Part shown: in pieces, positions 7,922-13,521 of the stretch
How the letters are laid out: every line of letters starts with the position of its first letter
Position numbering within the stretch: the first letter of the stretch is position 1
NCBI RefSeq assembly: GCF_004342025.1
Contig: NZ_SLWN01000001.1
Location: 810,788-834,787, forward strand
From: Kribbella steppae
Lineage (GTDB): Bacteria; Actinomycetota; Actinomycetes; Propionibacteriales; Kribbellaceae
Reading direction: 5' to 3'
DNA: 24,000 bases
Program-made: the position numbers and the translations under genes
Notes under the pieces: model-generated
Seen by the model: only the letters and a program-made list of their open reading frames with translations
The model's database searches: none
What the model was told of the DNA's origin: nothing

Positions 7922-9286
7922 TCACTCAGTTACAGCGGTCGACGCCGAAAGAAGCAGCTCGCTGAGCAAGAGCTGGTCAGCGCTGCCCAGAACCAGGTCG
8001 GCCGCGGCGACGTCGGCCTCGCCCACATACGGATTCGGGATCGCGACCGCGAACATCCCCGCCGCCTGTGCCGCTGCTACTCCGTGCGCGGTGTCTTCGA
8101 CGGCGATCGCTTCCTCACCAGGTACGTCGAGACGCCGCAGAGCCAGCTCGTAGATGGCCGGATCGGGCTTGTGCGTCGCGACCTCGTCACCGGTCACGAT
8201 CAGATCGAACAGCTCGATCGCATCCACGCGCTCCAAGTGACCACGAACCCACGGCCGCGGCGAACTGCTCGCAATAGCCACCGCCAGCCCCAGCTCCCGC
8301 GCCGCCGAGATCCACTCCCGGATGCCCGGCCGGAAGTCCAGCTCCTCGTGCATGCGGTCGCGGTGAGCGGTCCGTCGCGCATGACTCGCCGCCCGGTCGA
8401 AGGCGGTACCGACCGCCGCGCCGAGCAGCTCGTAGCGCGTCTCGGAGATGTCGCCGCCGTGACCGGGCCAGAAGTCGTCGAGATCGAGCTCGAGCCCGTG
8501 GTGTGCCCACTCCGAACGCCAGCTCTCCACCATCGTCGTCTCGGTGTCCATCAACAACCCGTCGAAGTCGAACACCACCGCCCGCACCTCGACCGGCACC
8601 AACCGCACCGCCAGCCGATGGACCTCGGCCGCCGTCAGCCCGCATTCCGCCAGATACGCCCGCACGCCGCCGTAGCGCCGGTCCACGTGATCGAGCGAGT
8701 CGAGGATCGTCTCCGGCAACGTCCGCGAGATGATCTCGGCGGCCTGCCGCTCGTCCGCAGGCAGCTCGGCGAGCCGCGCGAGGACGCCGAGCCGCTCCTC
8801 GCTCACGGCATAGTCGTCCGCGATCACCTTGCGCGGTACGCCGACGAGGTCGAGCCACAACGCGATCAGCAGTCCGGTCCGGTCCTTGCCGGCCTTGCAG
8901 TGCACGACGACCGGCGCGTCATCCGGCGCCGCGATCAGCGCACGGAACGCCTTGGCGATCTGGCTCTTGTTCCGGTCGAGACTGCCGCGATAGATGTCGG
9001 CGAGCAGAGGCTCGGCAGCCGCATCGCGGTGCACTTCGGCAGCCGGGTCGATCCACGGGATCCGCTGGTACGACGCCGAGTCGTCGAGCAGATGGAGTTG
9101 CTTGATCTCCCAGTCGGAACGCAGGTCGAGCACCAACCCGGCGCCGGCGGCAGCGAACGCGGCCCGTCCTTCGTCGTCCAGGTTGTCCGGTGAGTCCGTC
9201 CGGAACACGCTCCCACTGCATGTCGGTACGCCGTACCGCGTCGGAAGTCCGCCGATGTCACGCGCATTCAGGCATCCGCTCCACAC
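7922..9286 (-). CDS. Fusion of a tyrosine-phosphatase-like domain (CX5R) and a HAD-IA hydrolase domain
   Basis: N-terminal half: NARDIGG...VHCKAGKDRTG (CX5R P-loop), resembling the Y_phosphatase3 type. C-terminal half: VVFDFDGLLMDTE (DxD motif I), IASSS (motif II) and EDTAHGVAAAQAAGM (motif IV region). GTG start lies 4 nt after the upstream stop. Confidence 0.8.
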   Translation of the reverse strand: MWSGCLNARDIGGLPTRYGVPTCSGSVFRTDSPDNLDDEGRAAFAAAGAGLVLDLRSDWEIKQLHLLDDSASYQRIPWIDPAAEVHRDAAAEPLLADIYRGSLDRNKSQIAKAFRALIAAPDDAPVVVHCKAGKDRTGLLIALWLDLVGVPRKVIADDYAVSEERLGVLARLAELPADERQAAEIISRTLPETILDSLDHVDRRYGGVRAYLAECGLTAAEVHRLAVRLVPVEVRAVVFDFDGLLMDTETTMVESWRSEWAHHGLELDLDDFWPGHGGDISETRYELLGAAVGTAFDRAASHARRTAHRDRMHEELDFRPGIREWISAARELGLAVAIASSSPRPWVRGHLERVDAIELFDLIVTGDEVATHKPDPAIYELALRRLDVPGEEAIAVEDTAHGVAAAQAAGMFAVAIPNPYVGEADVAAADLVLGSADQLLLSELLLSASTAVTE

Positions 9287-9290
9287 GCGG

Positions 9291-10616
9291 TCAGCTTAGA
9301 ACAACACCGCCGAGCGATTCGAAATCTTTCCACGTACCGTCGAACGCCTTGTGGTGCATCGCCGAGTCGATCCCGACCGCGAAGACATCGAGCCGGCCGG
9401 GACCCCAGGCCACCACCGAGCCGGCCGGTCTGGGCCGGGTCACAGCAGCGGCCACCAGTTCGAGCCAGCCGGCCAGCGCGGCCACGTTCATCCGCAGGAT
9501 CTCGGCCGCCAGCGCCCAGTCGAGGAAGTTCAGCGTGTCGGTCGCCGTGTGGATGTGCCCGTTCGCGCTGTCCGCTCCTTCGATCGTCAGCACGGCCGGG
9601 ATCCCAGCGTTGATGAACGGCACGTGGTCACTCGCGAACGGATTCAGCGACGTCTCGACCTTCAGCGCGGTGTACGTCGCGGCCGCCGTCGCCAGGTCGG
9701 CCATTTGAGTCGACGACAGGTTCGCACCTTCCAGCAGCACGGTCGGCACGGCCGTGTTCTTGCTCGCGATCATGTCCATGTTCAGTACGGCGCGGATCCG
9801 CGCACGCTCGGCCGGCGGCAGCGCGGCGACGTACTGCTTGCTGCCGAACAGCCCCTGCTCCTCCCCACCGAACAAGATCAGCCGTACGTCGTGCCGCCAC
9901 GACCTGGTCGACAACAGCCGACCCAACTCGAGCACACCGGCCGAACCGCTCCCGTTGTCGTCCGCGCCGGGAGCGTTGGCGGCGGGACCACCGGCTTGGT
10001 TGACCGAGTCCAGGTGCGCGGTGATCAGCACGACTCCGCCGCCACCGGTCCCCGGCCGATCCCCGATCAGGTTCTGCGACTGACCGCCGCCGACCGTGAC
10101 CGACGTCCGCGTCACTCCGTAGCCGAGGGCAACCATCCGGGCGGCGGCGAAGTCCATCGCGGTAGTGAACGACGGACTGAGCGAGTGCCGCGTCGGCAGA
10201 CTCGCGAACCAGGTCAGATCGGCCTGGTACGACGTCGGCGACAGTTCACCGACGAGGTCCGCGACGGCCGGATCCACTCTGGCCGCGGCCACTGACGGTA
10301 CGTCGACGACCGTCGTACCGGCGCGCAACGGCTCGACCCGCCAGCAGTTGTTCGACCGGCGGCGGGGTTTGTCGGTGGACGAGATCACCAGATGGCGGCC
10401 GTGGTCGACCAGCGGGGTGACGTCGGGGAAGTCGTCCTGGAAGCTCCGGCCCACCTGCGTGACCAGCAGCAGGCCGGGTGCGGTCCGGGAGGCCCGGCCG
10501 AGGCGTTGGTCGGCCGGGACCCAGAGGAGGGTCTTGTCGCCGAACCGCGCCGAATGCGCGCCCTCGGCGGCCTCCACAGTCGGTACAACGAGGTAGCGCA
10601 CAGGTGTCGTGCTCAT
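9291..10616 (-). CDS. M28-family aminopeptidase with one C-terminal PLL/DUF346-like propeller blade
   Basis: M28 metal-ligand motifs: [44 protein letters not shown]. The last 42 aa, [38 protein letters not shown], match the blade repeat of the gene two positions upstream. I chose ATG 10616 (MSTTPVRY...); the 67-codon extension in the ORF track is R/P/S-rich and overlaps a better ORF in another frame. Confidence 0.8.
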   Translation of the reverse strand: MSTTPVRYLVVPTVEAAEGAHSARFGDKTLLWVPADQRLGRASRTAPGLLLVTQVGRSFQDDFPDVTPLVDHGRHLVISSTDKPRRRSNNCWRVEPLRAGTTVVDVPSVAAARVDPAVADLVGELSPTSYQADLTWFASLPTRHSLSPSFTTAMDFAAARMVALGYGVTRTSVTVGGGQSQNLIGDRPGTGGGGVVLITAHLDSVNQAGGPAANAPGADDNGSGSAGVLELGRLLSTRSWRHDVRLILFGGEEQGLFGSKQYVAALPPAERARIRAVLNMDMIASKNTAVPTVLLEGANLSSTQMADLATAAATYTALKVETSLNPFASDHVPFINAGIPAVLTIEGADSANGHIHTATDTLNFLDWALAAEILRMNVAALAGWLELVAAAVTRPRPAGSVVAWGPGRLDVFAVGIDSAMHHKAFDGTWKDFESLGGVVLS

Positions 10617-10617
10617 A

Positions 10618-10917
10618 TCAGTCCTGCCATCTGATCTCGAGGCGGTCGGGCTCGGCGGTGACGATCTGGCCGGAGCCTTGTTCGCCGCCGGGGTCACGGG
10701 TGATCCGGCCGGTGGGATCCCACCGGCCGGCCGGGCGAGCCTCGGGTGCGTCACCGCGACCGATCGCCCAGTCCACCCAGGTGCCGTCCGGGCGGAACTC
10801 CACCCCCCGCCGGCCACGGGCCGGCGGGAAGGCGAAGTCGTCCCGGCGGTAGACGCTGATCCCGTCGTGATCCTCCTCGAAGGAATGCGTCCACCGCCCG
10901 GGAGTGTGCTCGCTCAG
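10618..10917 (-). CDS. Small conserved-looking hypothetical protein (about 99 aa); start codon uncertain, possibly CTG
   Basis: This is the C-terminal part of the 381-aa track ORF: (L)[71 protein letters not shown]...LEIRWQD. It has protein-like composition and high GC3, and exactly fills the gap between two genes. The stop TGA lies 1 nt before the M28 ATG. There is no ATG, GTG or TTG near the expected N-terminus. A CTG at 10917-10915 overlaps the upstream TGA as CTGA. Confidence 0.5.
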   Translation of the reverse strand: MSEHTPGRWTHSFEEDHDGISVYRRDDFAFPPARGRRGVEFRPDGTWVDWAIGRGDAPEARPAGRWDPTGRITRDPGGEQGSGQIVTAEPDRLEIRWQD

Positions 10918-13247
10918 CTCAGCACCGCCTGTTCGATCGATGCGGGCGACTCCGGCACGGTCACCTTGAAGTCGCTGATGATGCCGCCGAGCGGTTCGTA
11001 GCCGGTGACCGACGGTCCCCAGGCGGAGCCGTCCCACCACTTGTGGTACAGCTGCTTGTCGATGCCGGTGACGAACACGTCGAGCCGGTTCGCGCCCCAC
11101 GAGACGACCCGCGGCTCGTCGGTGCAGATGCCGCCCAGGTACTCCCAGTCGGTGAGCGACGGTCCCCAGGCGGACCCGTCCCACCACTTGTGGTACAGCG
11201 CGGAATCCGTGCCGAGCACGAACACGTCGAGCCGGTTCTCGTCCCACGAGACGACGGTCGGGGCCGTCGTACAGATGCCGCCCAGGTACTCCCAGCCCGA
11301 CCAGGCCGAGCCGTCCCACCACTTGTGGTACAGCGCGGAATCCGTGCCGACGACGAACATGTCGAGCCGGTTCTCGCCCCAGGCAACGACCCGCGGCGGC
11401 GAAGCGCAGACGCCACCGAGGTACTCGTACCCGTCTACCGACGGCCCCCAGCTCGAGCCGTTCCACCACTTGTGGTAGACCGCGTTGTCGGTGCCGACGA
11501 CGAACACGTCCAGCCGGTCGCTGCCCCAGGCAACGACTTCGGGCCGGCTCATACAGATGCCGCCGAGGTACTCGTACCCGTCGACCGACGGTCCCCAGCT
11601 CGAGCCGTTCCACCACTTGTGGTACAGCGCGCGGTCCGTGCCGAGGACGAACGCGTCCAGCCGGTCCGGGCCCCAGGTGGCCAGGCGTGGCGGACTCATG
11701 CAGACCCCGCCCAGGTACTCGTACCCGGTGACCGACGGTCCCCAGTTCGAGCCGTCCCACCACTTGTGGTAGACCGCGTGATCGGTGCCGAGGACGAACG
11801 CGTCCAGCCGGCCCGGCGCCCAGGACGCGACTTCAGGAGCACTCATACAGACACCACCCATGTATTCGTAGCCGCCGACGGACGGTCCCCAGGACGATCC
11901 GTCCCACCACTTGTGATACATCGCCAGATCGGTGCCGACCACGAACGCGTCCAGCCGGTTCGCACCCCACGCCACCACGGATCCGGCGGGTTCCGGCGTA
12001 CCACCGGCGCCGCCGCCCGTGATCAGGCCGGGGCGGACGGTGTCCAGACAGGCCTCCATCCGGGCCACCTGGTCGTCGGTGAACATCACCATGCCGCGGT
12101 CGTCGGTGTAGTCCATGTAGTCGTAGAACAGGTCACCGTTCGGACCGTTGCTGCAGGTCACGTGCGGGAACGTCGGTACGCCGAAGTTCGGGCCGGCCTG
12201 GTTCGGGGTGTCGGCGACCTCGTCGCTGCCGCTGCAGCCGGTGCCGTCGTCGCCCCAGATGTGGAACAGGTTCAGGTAGTGCCCGATCTCGTGGGTCGTG
12301 GTCCGGCCCAGGTCGAACGGCGCGGCCGCCGTACCGTTGGTGCCGAACCCGCTGTGCAGGATGACCACGCCGTCGGTTTCGGCCGGGCCACCTGGGAACT
12401 GCGCGTACCCGAGCAGGCCGCCGCTGAGCTGGCAGACCCAGATGTTCAGGTACTTGTCGGCCGGCCACGGGTCGTGGCCGCCGGTCGCCGATGCCTTCAC
12501 CTTGTCGTCCGAGCCGAACCCGTTGACGGTCGTCTGGGTCCGGGTGACACCGGTCGTCGGGTTGCCGTCCGGGTCCTCGGTGGCCAGATAGAACTCGATC
12601 CGCGCGTCTGCGATCAGCCCGTTGAACGCGGCCGGCACGATCCCGATGTCGGCGTTGGTCGCCCGGAAGTCGTGGTTCAGTACGTCGACCTGGCTGTCGA
12701 TCTGGGCCTGTGAGATGTTCTGTGCCGCGGTCTTCCAGACCACGTGCACCACACAGGGGATCCGCGCTATACCGGCAAAACGTTGCTGGCGGGCCACGTA
12801 CAGCGTCGTCGCGTTCTCGATGGCCGACCGCGCGATGGCGTACTCGGGTGAGGTGGAGAGCAGTCTGCGGTGTACGTCCATCACGCCGCACTGCCGTCTG
12901 GTCGGAGTCTCGATTCGCCCGTCCGCGCCGCTCATACCCGCACCACCGGCTCCGGCTCCGCCACCCATTCCGGCACCGCCCGCTTGGCCGCCGCCGCTCA
13001 TCCCGGCACCGCCACCGGCACCGCCGCCACTCATCCCGCTGCCTCCGCCGGCACCTCCGCCACTCATGCCGCCGGGCATGTTGCCGGATCCACCTGCTCC
13101 CTGCGCACCGCTGCCCGAACCCATCGACATCCGCTCGCCGGGCATCCCGTTGACGGCCGGCGTTCCGTTCGCGGACCGCGCCTCGCCCGGCATCCGGTGG
13201 TCGTCGTCGCGGTGCTTGTCCGCTCTCCCGTTGGCCTTCCTCGGCAT
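10914..13247 (-). CDS. M43-family (pappalysin/ulilysin-like) zinc metalloprotease with a Gly/Met-rich N-terminal region and a C-terminal seven-blade PLL/DUF346-like lectin propeller
   Basis: Catalytic core [14 protein letters not shown]...[14 protein letters not shown] (HEXXHXXGXXH)...ADTPNQ...YDYMDYT. It is followed by seven repeats of [39 protein letters not shown]. ATG 13247 is preceded by GGAAGGGGGAGAG. No signal peptide is recognisable. Confidence 0.85.
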   Translation of the reverse strand: MPRKANGRADKHRDDDHRMPGEARSANGTPAVNGMPGERMSMGSGSGAQGAGGSGNMPGGMSGGGAGGGSGMSGGGAGGGAGMSGGGQAGGAGMGGGAGAGGAGMSGADGRIETPTRRQCGVMDVHRRLLSTSPEYAIARSAIENATTLYVARQQRFAGIARIPCVVHVVWKTAAQNISQAQIDSQVDVLNHDFRATNADIGIVPAAFNGLIADARIEFYLATEDPDGNPTTGVTRTQTTVNGFGSDDKVKASATGGHDPWPADKYLNIWVCQLSGGLLGYAQFPGGPAETDGVVILHSGFGTNGTAAAPFDLGRTTTHEIGHYLNLFHIWGDDGTGCSGSDEVADTPNQAGPNFGVPTFPHVTCSNGPNGDLFYDYMDYTDDRGMVMFTDDQVARMEACLDTVRPGLITGGGAGGTPEPAGSVVAWGANRLDAFVVGTDLAMYHKWWDGSSWGPSVGGYEYMGGVCMSAPEVASWAPGRLDAFVLGTDHAVYHKWWDGSNWGPSVTGYEYLGGVCMSPPRLATWGPDRLDAFVLGTDRALYHKWWNGSSWGPSVDGYEYLGGICMSRPEVVAWGSDRLDVFVVGTDNAVYHKWWNGSSWGPSVDGYEYLGGVCASPPRVVAWGENRLDMFVVGTDSALYHKWWDGSAWSGWEYLGGICTTAPTVVSWDENRLDVFVLGTDSALYHKWWDGSAWGPSLTDWEYLGGICTDEPRVVSWGANRLDVFVTGIDKQLYHKWWDGSAWGPSVTGYEPLGGIISDFKVTVPESPASIEQAVLS
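10917..11978 (-). repeat. Seven in-frame tandem coding repeats (six blade units of 147 bp, counting only the conserved core of the longer final unit, and one of 135 bp) encoding propeller blades
   Basis: The motif cccaccacttgtggta recurs at about 11033, 11179, 11314 and 11754 (and as tccaccacttgtggta at 11461 and 11608, cccaccacttgtgata at 11902), giving spacings of 147, 135, 147, 147, 147 and 147. A 40-nt stretch is identical at 11176-11215 and 11311-11350. Confidence 0.9.
12921..13127 (-). repeat. Low-complexity Gly/Met/Ser/Ala-rich coding tract (imperfect 27-bp periodicity)
   Basis: It encodes [70 protein letters not shown], with [10 protein letters not shown]-like units repeated. GGT and GGA codons are more frequent here than elsewhere in the window. 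Confidence 0.8.
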
Positions 13248-13486
13248 CTCTCCCCCTTCCAGCGGGGGCGCACAAGCAGGTCGGGACCAACCGAGATCCC
13301 GGACCGACAAGGATTCCCCCAGCCCACCCCTCGATCGAAGACGGTCCTACCCGCCTTCCCCCACCGAACAGCCAGCCCCCAAGTCACTGCTCTCTGTTCA
13401 CCTTCCACCCATCACCGCACGCGCACAACCCTTCGCACCAAGACAGTGAACTTTCCCCCGAACCCCCTGCCCCCGTTGAAGAATTG

Positions 13487-13500
13487 CTTGAAACCTCAAG
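13487..13500 (-). terminator. Weak hairpin downstream of the KAP NTPase stop (possible terminator)
   Basis: cttga-aacc-tcaag gives a 5-bp stem, 21 nt after the stop at 13522. On the minus-strand RNA it is followed by CAAUUCUUCAAC. The stem is short and AT-rich, so support is weak. Confidence 0.2.
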
Positions 13501-13521
13501 AGGGATTCCGTTGCGCCGAGG

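Noticed and set aside
10618-11763. 381-aa minus-strand ORF as one gene
   Set aside because: The first roughly 280 aa are an off-frame reading of the blade repeats (repetitive RVRVPGR-type junk). Only the last 99 codons, which lie outside the M43 gene, are credible.
10917-11978. 147-bp repeats as a non-coding satellite, mobile element or CRISPR array
   Set aside because: The period is a multiple of 3, the repeats stay in one open frame with a conserved protein motif, and they are contiguous. They are coding propeller blades.
11043-12713. 556-aa plus-strand ORF, with companions at 11005-11478 and 11485-11772, containing internal repeats
   Set aside because: It is antisense to the M43-lectin gene. 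The composition is dominated by R, P, V, G and A with no motifs. Its repeats simply mirror the blade repeats on the other strand. This is a typical high-GC shadow ORF.
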